From a virus (taxonomy: Duplodnaviria; Heunggongvirae; Uroviricota; Caudoviricetes), in IMG/VR virus record IMGVR_UViG_2974594660_000001, positions 64,001 through 92,122 of that record: DNA of 28,122 nucleotides; one strand, 5' to 3'. The translations under genes were made by a program, and so were the position numbers. Position 1 is the first letter of the stretch. Each line of letters starts with the position of its first letter. Under the pieces are notes generated by a model. The model was given only the letters and a program-made list of their open reading frames with translations, did not search any database and was not told where the DNA came from. Positions 8,539 through 17,297 of this stretch are shown here, one piece after another.

Positions 8539-10360
8539 GTTTAACTCTTCCCATTACTTCGTTCTGTTTTCCTGGATTGAAAGGCCTGGTTCCTGGGTTT
8601 CCCAGATAACCACAAACCCTTCTTGTTACTTCTAAGGAGTTTGGATCTGTATTGCCACAATGTGGGCATTTGAACCCGTCTTCTGTTGCCAGAGACTCTC
8701 CCATGTAACCACATGCACTACATGTATCAATTGGTGTGTTTATACCAAAATAATGTACCTTAGAGTGTGCATAATCAATAACATACTCTAGAGCTTTTGG
8801 GAATTTTTTCATATCTGGTAATTCTACATATGAAATACAACCACCACTAGCAATGGGGGTAAAATTGCTTTCGTAATCAAACTTAACATCCGGTGATACT
8901 TTACGATCTACACTAAGATGGTGACTATTTGTATAATAACCTTTTTCAAACAACCATTCAAAATCCCTGCTGAATTTTTCTTTGTCCAATCTATTAAATC
9001 TGTCACAAAGTGATTCTGAAGGTGTTGCATAGAGGCTAAAACCAATTCCAGATTCTGCTTTTTTCTTATCTATCTCATCTTTCATGAAATTTAATACATC
9101 TTTAACAAAATCAATACAATCTTTATGCATTGTATCAACATCTTTACCAAACCAAGCTTGTAACATCTCATGGCATCCAATATAGCCAACTGAAATTGAA
9201 GATCTATTAATAAAATGGTCAAATACATACTCTTCTGGTTTTAATCTCAAACCAAAAGCACCATGCATATATAGGATTGGAGCTGATTTTGCTTGTACCT
9301 GTTTTAAGTGCTCTATACGCCAATCTAAGGCTTTGAATGAAAGATCAATACGTTCCTTTAATATATGAAAGAACTCACCTCTACTGTTCGCTTCCATCGC
9401 TATTCTTGGAAGATTAATGCTTACAACACCTAAATTGTTTCTGCCAGAAGTTTCACCACTATCAATTGCAGATAAGAAAGATCTACAACCCATAGACACC
9501 TTATAATCACCAGTGACCTTAACAACTTCTTCATATGAGATGTAATCTGGATAAATCCTCTCAGAAGTACACTTCATAGCTAGTTGTTTTATGTCATAAT
9601 TAGGATCATCAGGTTTTAAATTTAAACCTTCTTTAAGAACAAACACAAGTTTGGGAAATATTGCTGTTCTTCGACTAGCACCTAACCCCTTCATCCTAAC
9701 TTCTAATATTGATTTCTGAACTAAGCGAGACTCCCAAGAGTCGCCAAGACCAAAACCAAAAGTAACAAAAGGAGATTGACCATTTGAATTAAAAAGTGTA
9801 TTAACCTCGTACTCAAGACTTTGCATCGCATCATAGACCGCCTTTTCTGTTAACTGTGTGGCAACTACAGCAGCTTTAGCTTCATTGTTGTCTAACACAC
9901 GTTTTAATAAAGAAAACCATTTGTCGTACGTTTTACGAACATATGGAGCAAGTACTTCGTCTAATCTATCGATAGATGTACCACCATATTGATGACTAGA
10001 TACTTGTGCTATGATTTGAGCAGTTACAGCAACAGCTGTACTTATTGACTTTGGTGTCTCGATCTCTGCATTACCAATAACTGTTCCATTGTCTAACATA
10101 CCTTTTAAATCAACTAAGCAACAATTAGTAAAGCCTTGAGCAGAGTAGTCTGTGTCATGAAAATGAATAGCACCACTATTATGTGCTTCCCATATCTCTT
10201 TTGGTAATAGATCTTTTAGAAGAAGTTTTGAAACCTCTCCAGCCATCATATCCCTTTGTGTTGGAAACCTCTCTGATGGCTTATTTGCATTATTGTGTAG
10301 TAACGTCTTATCTGCACTTCCATTTAAAATCCCTTTAATTTTATTTAAGAATTCTTCCAT
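8519..10360 (-). CDS. nrdD: Anaerobic (class III) ribonucleoside-triphosphate reductase, lacking N-terminal ATP cone
   Basis: NANK...TQRD, IHFHD, FTNCC, QYGG, MGCRSFL, YATPSESLC, C-terminal CxxC...CxxC Zn site and glycyl-radical motif RRVCGYLG. Confidence 0.97.
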   Translation of the reverse strand: MEEFLNKIKGILNGSADKTLLHNNANKPSERFPTQRDMMAGEVSKLLLKDLLPKEIWEAHNSGAIHFHDTDYSAQGFTNCCLVDLKGMLDNGTVIGNAEIETPKSISTAVAVTAQIIAQVSSHQYGGTSIDRLDEVLAPYVRKTYDKWFSLLKRVLDNNEAKAAVVATQLTEKAVYDAMQSLEYEVNTLFNSNGQSPFVTFGFGLGDSWESRLVQKSILEVRMKGLGASRRTAIFPKLVFVLKEGLNLKPDDPNYDIKQLAMKCTSERIYPDYISYEEVVKVTGDYKVSMGCRSFLSAIDSGETSGRNNLGVVSINLPRIAMEANSRGEFFHILKERIDLSFKALDWRIEHLKQVQAKSAPILYMHGAFGLRLKPEEYVFDHFINRSSISVGYIGCHEMLQAWFGKDVDTMHKDCIDFVKDVLNFMKDEIDKKKAESGIGFSLYATPSESLCDRFNRLDKEKFSRDFEWLFEKGYYTNSHHLSVDRKVSPDVKFDYESNFTPIASGGCISYVELPDMKKFPKALEYVIDYAHSKVHYFGINTPIDTCSACGYMGESLATEDGFKCPHCGNTDPNSLEVTRRVCGYLGNPGTRPFNPGKQNEVMGRVKHGNLNK

Positions 10361-10374
10361 GATTTCCTCTTTAA

Positions 10375-10779
10375 TTAAAGATAAGTTGAATCAACATCAA
10401 TGTTTGTTTTTGTAGAATCTTCTTTTATAGTGACTAAAATTACTGGGATTTCATTCCTAACCAGGTAATTATACATATGAAGACTTCCTTTAGAAATACC
10501 ATCCCATAAAATCACACCCATATCAGCGTATTTTCCCATTTCTGCATTTCTAATATAGCCAGCACTCTTACCATATTGATCCCAATCTGGTTTAAATATA
10601 GTTAATTTTATTTCATTTTCTTCTGCTAAAAGCTCTCCAAAACGATCTGCACCTCTAGCATTTCCCGATACAATTTCTGTTGTATTTTTAAGTATATTAT
10701 GATCTTTGTTTACAAGATTAAACATTTTACTTAGTTGTGAAAATTTTAAATCTCTGCTTCCTGCAATAATAACTTTCAT
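10375..10779 (-). CDS. SLOG-superfamily protein (DUF2493/YspA-like)
   Basis: MKVIIAGSRD, IVSGNARGAD, SAGYIRNAEM and LWDGISKGS are typical SLOG nucleotide-binding motifs. Confidence 0.85.
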   Translation of the reverse strand: MKVIIAGSRDLKFSQLSKMFNLVNKDHNILKNTTEIVSGNARGADRFGELLAEENEIKLTIFKPDWDQYGKSAGYIRNAEMGKYADMGVILWDGISKGSLHMYNYLVRNEIPVILVTIKEDSTKTNIDVDSTYL

Positions 10780-10800
10780 TATTTATCTCTCCATTATTGA

Positions 10801-11052
10801 TTATAGTAAGATTTCTATATATCTTATCTCTTCAACGTAATCACCAACACGATCTCTTATTGGTTTATCTAGCTTTTTAGAAACTAAAATTTTCTTGATA
10901 TTATCAACACCTATCTGGTTGATAGCAAAATACTCTAATCTGCTTATGTAATCATCTTTACATGATATTAGTGTTTTTAGTTTTATTACTTCTTCTTGTA
11001 AACCTTTTAGCTCTATAAAGAGGTTGTTTATTTCTAAACTGTTAGAGATCAT
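10801..11052 (-). CDS. Hypothetical coiled-coil protein
   Basis: 83-aa ORF with ATGA overlap with the PnuC-like gene. Confidence 0.6.
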   Translation of the reverse strand: MISNSLEINNLFIELKGLQEEVIKLKTLISCKDDYISRLEYFAINQIGVDNIKKILVSKKLDKPIRDRVGDYVEEIRYIEILL

Positions 11053-11672
11053 TTATTTCTCCATTCAAACCAACCAATAAAACTGTTCACTAAAAATACT
11101 ACACGCATAACTGCTATTGCCAATACTTCAGGAACTAAAGATGCAGCTGTAAACCACATAATAACTTCTATAGTATTACAAGGTATCCAATAGTACCACT
11201 GTTTCTTTGTGTCAGCCATTAAAAGTAGTGTTGATGTTATTATCAATGCACCACTAAGAACGTCATGAACTGGCATTGTAGACCCAGTATAAAGCATTAT
11301 ATTTGTATATATGATAGCTAAGGTTGAGAATATTATCAAGTGATATTTGTTTATATTATCAGTGATTGTTTTTCCAATTAAGTCTTTACCTTTCCATTGG
11401 AAATAAGCTATAATCTGTAATGGTGCAAGTATGAAAGTATTCACTATCATATTTATTATGAAACCAGCTTCATAAGACATATATCCTAGTAAAATACATA
11501 ATATAAAACCTAGTAGATTACAAGATGGAATCCTAAATGCTACACCTATTACGAATAATACACCAACTAAAGAAGTTATAGTTGTTAGTAAACTTGCTCC
11601 TGAAACAACACAAGCTCCTAGTATAAGTGAAGGGGCAATGAAGCCCCAAATTGATTTTAGATGTTTTACCAT
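11049..11672 (-). CDS. PnuC-family membrane transporter
   Basis: Probable start ATG 11672 (RBS GGAG), 207 aa, multi-TM. Shows QIIAYFQWK, HDVLSGALIITSTLLL, QWYYWIPCN and NSFIGWFEW, the Pnu-family pattern. Substrate unknown. Confidence 0.8.
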   Translation of the reverse strand: MVKHLKSIWGFIAPSLILGACVVSGASLLTTITSLVGVLFVIGVAFRIPSCNLLGFILCILLGYMSYEAGFIINMIVNTFILAPLQIIAYFQWKGKDLIGKTITDNINKYHLIIFSTLAIIYTNIMLYTGSTMPVHDVLSGALIITSTLLLMADTKKQWYYWIPCNTIEVIMWFTAASLVPEVLAIAVMRVVFLVNSFIGWFEWRNK

Positions 11673-11685
11673 ATAGCTCCTTGGA

Positions 11686-12246
11686 TTAGAAAGGTTCTGC
11701 TGTACCAACAGCTTCACGTAAATCTTCTTGTTCAGTGAAACCTTTTCCATTAGTTAATTGTAAAACAGTACCATATACATACTGGTTAATTCCTAATGAA
11801 CGTCTATCTTCTGATTCTGTTATACCTTTGACACGTCTAATGTCACCGTAGTGTGCGATCACTTCTTTATCTAGTACATTATCAGTTAATTTCTTAATGA
11901 TTCTTAACTTGTGATCACTATCAATTTCATCATCTTTTAAAACAATATCAATTAATAGTGATAAATCTTTCATACCTTTAATCTGACCCAGCTCAACATG
12001 TGTACCTAGAGCCTCTGGTAGTGGTTCAATGAGAATTGTATCCGCCCACATTATTGCATTAGTATCATGTTTAACAATACGCTCTGCTAAACCATCCTGT
12101 ACCGCATTCTTTTTATCATTGATTTCTTTATTGTCCATAGGATTATAAAGTTCATGACCAAGTTGGTGAATCATTTCTTTTTCTTGATTCCTTTGTAATT
12201 GTGAACCAACTGTTAAACAGTGACCTGCAATGTAAACTTTTTTCAT
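11686..12246 (-). CDS. Nucleoside 2-deoxyribosyltransferase / nucleotide N-glycosidase-like protein
   Basis: KVYIAG, LYNPMD, HDTNAIMWAD and GTHVELG match the NDT/Rcl-like flavodoxin-fold pattern with the catalytic Glu. Confidence 0.8.
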   Translation of the reverse strand: MKKVYIAGHCLTVGSQLQRNQEKEMIHQLGHELYNPMDNKEINDKKNAVQDGLAERIVKHDTNAIMWADTILIEPLPEALGTHVELGQIKGMKDLSLLIDIVLKDDEIDSDHKLRIIKKLTDNVLDKEVIAHYGDIRRVKGITESEDRRSLGINQYVYGTVLQLTNGKGFTEQEDLREAVGTAEPF

Positions 12247-12530
12247 TACTTATTCCTTAAATTATCCAGTGAAAAGGTTGTATTATCGATAATAATATCA
12301 CTAATATCGAGTGGAGAATGTTTAGTATACTTAGTATCACCTCTTCCATAATATTTAGCTCCTGGGCAAACATGTAAACCTTTAATACCGCACACAGGAC
12401 AAGAACCCTCTTGGACTCTATTCATTCGTATTAAATGTTTTAATCTAGAGATAACGAAATCTGGAATAACTTCCCTATCCATATTTTCAGTTGTTTTTAC
12501 TATACGATCTAATTCATTATAAATACTCAT
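12246..12530 (-). CDS. Hypothetical protein with CPVCG...HVCPG putative Zn site
   Basis: 94 aa, TAATG coupling, Cys/His cluster. Confidence 0.6.
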   Translation of the reverse strand: MSIYNELDRIVKTTENMDREVIPDFVISRLKHLIRMNRVQEGSCPVCGIKGLHVCPGAKYYGRGDTKYTKHSPLDISDIIIDNTTFSLDNLRNK

Positions 12531-12730
12531 TATTTACCCTTAAATAATTTCTTAATTCTTTTATAAATAACAAAAGACCAAAACAAAGGCCAAGATAAAC
12601 TAATAATAGAAGAACCAAGAACAATTTCATTCCATGGGTATTTTTCAAATGTTAATTTATTTCTCTCATGATAAAGTGCAATAGACAGTATAAATGCTGT
12701 AATTAAGCAAAAACTAAAATAAATAATCAT
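12530..12730 (-). CDS. Small two-TM membrane protein
   Basis: Two hydrophobic segments and a basic C-terminal tail (KRIKKLFKGK). Confidence 0.65.
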   Translation of the reverse strand: MIIYFSFCLITAFILSIALYHERNKLTFEKYPWNEIVLGSSIISLSWPLFWSFVIYKRIKKLFKGK

Positions 12731-13833
12731 TCTGTTGGTTCTCCATTTTTATCACAATCACGTACATACAATCCTACAGGAAACTGAGGCAACCCTTCTT
12801 CGGTTAATGTTTGGTATGAATATGTAATCCATTTTCCAATTAGGTCTTTCTGGTTATCTACTAATCTCTCCTCATGTGTACCCTTCATTTTACATTTAAA
12901 GATTTTTTTAGAATCAGGCATTTCACACGATAAAACCCCTTCTCCATTTTTATCTTCAGAGACACTTAGAACTAGAGCTTCAGCATCTTTCATTATCTTC
13001 CATTTTTGTAAGTCAGATGATCTATTATTAAAAGTATACAAACCATCTGTATTCCTTAATATCAACCCTTCATAGCCTTTCTTCATAAATGTGTCCAATA
13101 GAAATGATGCGCTTTCTTTATCATTTACAAGAATGTTATCAACTACTTTTATAGATCCAAGTCTTTTACAACTCTCTTGTACTTTCTTTAACATGCCATT
13201 AAATCTTTGTTCCCATTTAATATCTTCCACTGGAATGTCAAAAATGTGAAACTCTAAAGAGAGTGTATCTGAATTGTGTTTCTTGACGCATGACACAATA
13301 TTTTGTAATGGCATACCGTGTATGTACAATTCACCATCAAATTTATCAATATTTGTTTTTATATATAATTCAACTAGATCACGTTTAATGTGGTCTGGGC
13401 ATTCATAATCCTTACCACCGCGGCTTGTTAGTTTTACTGTATACTCTTTATCAACCAAGTGAATACTTGCAATACAACGAACACCATCAAGCTTAGTGCT
13501 AACATAACATGGAAATTTAATCCTATGTTCGTTTTGTAAAAAGTTTTGAGCAAGCATAGGTAATAATTGACCGACTTTCTTTGCTTCTTCTTTTGTCCAT
13601 CGGTAACATTTGTCAATTTGTTTATTGATTTTACTCTCTGCCTCAAGCAAAGCTTGTTCTTCTGGGGTTGTTTCATTAGATCTACCTACGTTCTTAGGTT
13701 TACATATAGTATCCCTATAAACCATTTTACCACCCAACCTGCCATGACCAACAGTTATGGTATCGCCATTTACAGAAATTGTCCAGTGCTTAAAGTTACC
13801 ATTCTTGTCTAATGAGAAAAGTTCTTTGAACAT
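12727..13833 (-). CDS. ATP-dependent DNA ligase
   Basis: Motif I STKLDGVRC, FDGELY, FHIFDI, YEGLILR, LQKWK and a C-terminal OB fold. The N-terminal WTISV...GRLGG segment is WGR-like. Confidence 0.93.
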   Translation of the reverse strand: MFKELFSLDKNGNFKHWTISVNGDTITVGHGRLGGKMVYRDTICKPKNVGRSNETTPEEQALLEAESKINKQIDKCYRWTKEEAKKVGQLLPMLAQNFLQNEHRIKFPCYVSTKLDGVRCIASIHLVDKEYTVKLTSRGGKDYECPDHIKRDLVELYIKTNIDKFDGELYIHGMPLQNIVSCVKKHNSDTLSLEFHIFDIPVEDIKWEQRFNGMLKKVQESCKRLGSIKVVDNILVNDKESASFLLDTFMKKGYEGLILRNTDGLYTFNNRSSDLQKWKIMKDAEALVLSVSEDKNGEGVLSCEMPDSKKIFKCKMKGTHEERLVDNQKDLIGKWITYSYQTLTEEGLPQFPVGLYVRDCDKNGEPTE

Positions 13834-13861
13834 GAAGATATCCTTATATCTATTTTAGGTA

Positions 13862-13890
13862 AAATAAAAGGCGTAGAAAACCACGCCCTT
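13862..13890 (-). terminator. Intrinsic terminator
   Basis: Minus strand reads GGGCGT-GGTTTTCT-ACGCCT followed by TTTATTT. Confidence 0.7.
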
Positions 13891-13896
13891 TGTTAA

Positions 13897-14304
13897 TTAG
13901 TTAAATGCTTTATTCTTCATCATATATGCGATTACATTTGCAATCTGCTCTACTGATGGTTCTTCTTTTTCTTCACCAACCTGATTATCTGTTAATGGTT
14001 CATCAATGTCACTCTCTGGAACGATTTCTTTTTCCATATCCAAATCTGTAATATCTTCAATGTCACTTTCATCAATTTCATTGAAAGTATCAGGTTGTAC
14101 AATCGTTTGAATCTCAGATCCAGATGCTTTAATAGCACTGTTAAAATCAACCAAAGGTACTAATTCTACATCACCCGAAGCAAGGAATAGGTGTACAGAT
14201 TCCGGTGTTTGATTCCGAGCAACTTCCACTTTCGTGATTTGATTTAGATTCATCAGGAAGGATTCGTTTGTTCCCGTACGTGTCATTTCGAATAATTTGA
14301 TCAT
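13897..14304 (-). CDS. Hypothetical protein with long acidic region
   Basis: RBS AAGGA; small beta-rich N-terminal domain, then an Asp/Glu-rich linker. Confidence 0.7.
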   Translation of the reverse strand: MIKLFEMTRTGTNESFLMNLNQITKVEVARNQTPESVHLFLASGDVELVPLVDFNSAIKASGSEIQTIVQPDTFNEIDESDIEDITDLDMEKEIVPESDIDEPLTDNQVGEEKEEPSVEQIANVIAYMMKNKAFN

Positions 14305-15127
14305 TATTTAATTCCTTATTAGCTTCATAATTTATCCAATCCCAAGAAAATAGATCATCTTCATATTGTCCAATATAAAGTAATCTAGCATTTTCTAGCA
14401 TAATATCTTCATAGGATTCATGTTCTTCGTTAAATCTCTTTTTGTACTCTTCTTCAACTACGTCAAACATATCTTTAACTGTGAAACAGTTCTCAAGAAG
14501 TTTTATGGCTGTTTTCTCACCAATACCCTTTCTTCGTAGTTGTAACTTACCACCCCACATTACTTCTTCTCTTTTACCACAACCCATGATGTTATCAGTA
14601 TTATCACCCGTTAACATTTGTTGAAAGAAGAATCTTCGTGCTTCATATTCACTTATCCAGTGTGGCATCTGTTTAGGTTGTCTCTCACCACAAGCAAATC
14701 TATAGTGCCAACCCATAACAGTTTTTAAATCTTTATCTCTAGAACAGATTACTGTGTTTTCCATATCTGCTCTTTGTTCTATACCCATCCAATCATCAGC
14801 TTCAGCACCAACTACAACAATACTTGGGTATTTTCTCATTATATAATCACCAACTGTATTATAGTGGTATGGTTTCTCTACAGAACCCCTGTTACCTTTA
14901 TAAGGAACTTGTTTAGCTATCTCAAATCGGAAATTACCATTACCAGTGAATCCACACACAAATTCATCCGATTCAGTATCTCTAAGAATCTCATCTATAA
15001 GATCATCAACCAAAATGTGTATCTCTTCAACTGGAGCTGGTATAAATTCTTTTTCTAAATAGGGGTGTCTTATCTGAACTGATCCAATCTGATAACGAAT
15101 TATATCTGCGTCAATAAGAGCTTTCAT
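14171..15127 (-). CDS. 5'-3' exonuclease (T7 gp6 / FEN-like)
   Basis: ALIDADII, NFRFEIAK..YKGNR, EADDWMG, SRDKDL, GDNTDNI.G and GIGEKTA (H3TH motif). Confidence 0.93.
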   Translation of the reverse strand: MKALIDADIIRYQIGSVQIRHPYLEKEFIPAPVEEIHILVDDLIDEILRDTESDEFVCGFTGNGNFRFEIAKQVPYKGNRGSVEKPYHYNTVGDYIMRKYPSIVVVGAEADDWMGIEQRADMENTVICSRDKDLKTVMGWHYRFACGERQPKQMPHWISEYEARRFFFQQMLTGDNTDNIMGCGKREEVMWGGKLQLRRKGIGEKTAIKLLENCFTVKDMFDVVEEEYKKRFNEEHESYEDIMLENARLLYIGQYEDDLFSWDWINYEANKELNNDQIIRNDTYGNKRILPDESKSNHESGSCSESNTGICTPIPCFG

Positions 15128-15129
15128 TC

Positions 15130-15324
15130 TTAATCCTTTTTGAACAACCCATCTTCTTCCATCTTACTTACAATACTTTCAAAAGCCTCAAAACTAGTGA
15201 CTGCCTCTGAAAGTCTAGAAGTTCGGTGTTCAACAAAATCCCTTTCTTTATTTATCACTAAATATTCTTGTGAATACTTTGGTAATACAACTTTATATAG
15301 TTTTCCATCTGTAATAATTTCCAT
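15130..15324 (-). CDS. Hypothetical protein
   Basis: Probable start ATG 15324 (RBS GGAG), MEIITDGKLYKVV... Confidence 0.6.
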   Translation of the reverse strand: MEIITDGKLYKVVLPKYSQEYLVINKERDFVEHRTSRLSEAVTSFEAFESIVSKMEEDGLFKKD

Positions 15325-15328
15325 ATCA

Positions 15329-15895
15329 TTACTCCGCATCAAAAGATATATCATAACGCTCTAAAGTAGAAACAAGAGAATTTCTAATACGATGCAGTCT
15401 GACATACACAAAGTTTAAAGTAATACCGTGCTTCTTAGCCACTTCCTTGGTATCTGTGTTCCTTAAATAAATATCTGTAAACAGTTCTTTATCATCATCT
15501 TTTAGTCTATTAAAGGCCATTTGAATAAACTTAGATGATTCATCATTTAAAATATCTCTAATAGGATCTGTTATACCATCATCATGACTTTCAAAGTCCA
15601 GTATATTGTCATATATTTCTTTATCAGGTCTATCAAACTCTTTCCTAACATACCCATAACGGACATTATTAGCAATAGTACCAATAGCACCTGTTAATTT
15701 ATCCCACTGAATCCTATCCCAGTATAACCAAACTCTTAGCAATGTTTCTTGAGCTAAGTCTTCAGCTAAATGGAAATCCCTTTCAGTGAAATAGAACTGA
15801 TCTCTAAGTGGTTTCCAATACTCTGTATAAAGTTCTTCAAAAGAGTATCTACCTTTTTTCTTTGGTTCTGGAGCTATAACCCTCTTCGCCATCAT
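15329..15895 (-). CDS. Phage-encoded ECF-type RNA polymerase sigma factor
   Basis: Region 2-like AEDLAQETLLRVW...IGTIANN and region 4 HTH LKDDDKELF...KEVAKKHGITLNFVYVRLHRIRNSL. Confidence 0.88.
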   Translation of the reverse strand: MMAKRVIAPEPKKKGRYSFEELYTEYWKPLRDQFYFTERDFHLAEDLAQETLLRVWLYWDRIQWDKLTGAIGTIANNVRYGYVRKEFDRPDKEIYDNILDFESHDDGITDPIRDILNDESSKFIQMAFNRLKDDDKELFTDIYLRNTDTKEVAKKHGITLNFVYVRLHRIRNSLVSTLERYDISFDAE

Positions 15896-15920
15896 AAATT
15901 CCTTTTATTTGATGTGAGAT

Positions 15921-15942
15921 AAAAGCCCCTATAAAAGGGGCA
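15921..15942 (-). terminator. Intrinsic terminator after the ssb-like gene
   Basis: Minus strand reads GCCCC-TTTTATA-GGGGC followed by TTTT. Confidence 0.75.
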
Positions 15943-15958
15943 CCAAGGTTATAAACTA

Positions 15959-16717
15959 TTAGAACGGTACATCATCATCAAAATCCATAGATGGTTCATT
16001 ATCAGCTGATGGTTTTGACATAGATGGTTTATTATTGTTATCACCAGTTGGTTTCTGGTCATCATCGTTAATAGGTTCTTTACCAGCAAATGGGATGTTC
16101 TTAGCATCAAACGCTTCTGCTAATAAATCACGTTGGAATTTATAAACCTTAGAATAAGCTTGCATCATTTCTGGTGTATCAACATACGGGTTGAATGCTA
16201 CCATCTCACAACGTGCTTCACCAACTTGTTTACGGAACATGTTAGGAATAGAAGAGACAGAAACAACTTTATTACGTTTTTCACCACGTTTATTGATATA
16301 GTGACCTACTCGGACATTAACAATCTCACCAAGTTTGTCCATAAACCACTCTAAAGTGCGAGGAACTTCTTGGATTGATGGGTCAACACAACGACATAAA
16401 TCATAAACATTCCCTCGTTTTGCTCCAGGGAATAAGAACATATCTTGGAATTGGCATGATGGGCGTGGATCAATTGGCTTGCCTTCTTTGTCATCCTCTC
16501 CTTGGTACTCACGACCTGTTGCATCAACATCAATTAACTCATAAGCTAAAGAGCATTTGAATGCAGGAGATTTTTCTTCACCTTTGTATGGTTGTTGTTT
16601 TTGAACACCTAGTCCAATAAAACGAACAATACGTGCAGGATAATCACCATCAGGAACAACATCATAAACAGTGAAAGATTTTTTAGATACTGAATTAGAA
16701 GGAATTGCTGTACTCAT
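15959..16717 (-). CDS. Probable single-stranded DNA-binding protein
   Basis: OB-fold-like N-terminal domain (DGDYPARIVRFIGLG...VNVRVGH), disordered linker and acidic C-terminal tail DFDDDVPF. Confidence 0.75.
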   Translation of the reverse strand: MSTAIPSNSVSKKSFTVYDVVPDGDYPARIVRFIGLGVQKQQPYKGEEKSPAFKCSLAYELIDVDATGREYQGEDDKEGKPIDPRPSCQFQDMFLFPGAKRGNVYDLCRCVDPSIQEVPRTLEWFMDKLGEIVNVRVGHYINKRGEKRNKVVSVSSIPNMFRKQVGEARCEMVAFNPYVDTPEMMQAYSKVYKFQRDLLAEAFDAKNIPFAGKEPINDDDQKPTGDNNNKPSMSKPSADNEPSMDFDDDVPF

Positions 16718-16746
16718 ATTATATTACCTCATTAAATTAAGCTCGT

Positions 16747-16778
16747 AAGGAAACATATCTCAAAGTGAGGGTTTCCTC
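16747..16778 (-). promoter_or_regulatory. Structured leader of the ssb-like gene
   Basis: Minus strand AGGAAAC-C-CTCA-CTT-TGAG-ATAT-GTTTCCT forms a two-stem hairpin 30 nt upstream of the ATG. Confidence 0.5.
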
Positions 16779-16782
16779 GTTT

Positions 16783-16796
16783 ACATTATATATTAG
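16783..16796 (-). promoter_or_regulatory. Candidate phage-sigma promoter element, copy 1
   Basis: Minus strand CTAATATATAATGT; 13/14 identical to 26942..26955. Confidence 0.5.
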
Positions 16797-17254
16797 CTAA
16801 CTTTTTCATGAATACTTACAGCTTTATTAGTAAATATTTCACTTAAAGTTAGTCCATCAAAATACCTGAAACTCTTATCATTATCATCAAATACGTTTCT
16901 ATGATCGTTTAAACAACCACCAAAAGATTTCCAATAATGATAATCTATACTACTTCTACATGATAATACCCTGTTCATAAAAGCATATACATGCCTGTCA
17001 CTGTAAACTCTTCCATGTACTACTTCTGATTTTCCATTAACAAACTTCTGTATTGAATTAAAATTAATTCTTGGAAGTGTAAATAAACAATAAAAGATAG
17101 CAGTAAAAGAGGAAGGATTACTATGTCCAATTCTAGAGGAGGATTCTATACAATTCCTTATCCATTTAGGACAATCATAATATTCTTCTATACCCATCAT
17201 ATTGAAAAGGTTTATAATATCAGAGTTATCAATATCTGTAGATTTCCTTGCCAT
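16793..17254 (-). CDS. Hypothetical protein
   Basis: 153 aa with RBS AAGGT, directly downstream of the 32-bp repeat. Confidence 0.7.
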   Translation of the reverse strand: MARKSTDIDNSDIINLFNMMGIEEYYDCPKWIRNCIESSSRIGHSNPSSFTAIFYCLFTLPRINFNSIQKFVNGKSEVVHGRVYSDRHVYAFMNRVLSCRSSIDYHYWKSFGGCLNDHRNVFDDNDKSFRYFDGLTLSEIFTNKAVSIHEKVS

Positions 17255-17265
17255 ATAATACCTTA

Positions 17266-17297
17266 TATATTATGTGCAATAATTATTTATAGTTTTT
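17266..17297. repeat. Dispersed 32-bp intergenic repeat, copy 2
   Basis: TATATTATGTGCAATAATTATTT-A-TAGTTTTT; 31/32 identical to 6794..6825. Confidence 0.9.

Noticed and set aside
11673-11750. Tracked 5' extensions of several ORFs (PnuC-like to 11750, 23546 ORF to 24058, ATP cone to 25269)
   Set aside because: Internal starts have clear RBSs, while the extensions overlap upstream genes or cross a terminator.
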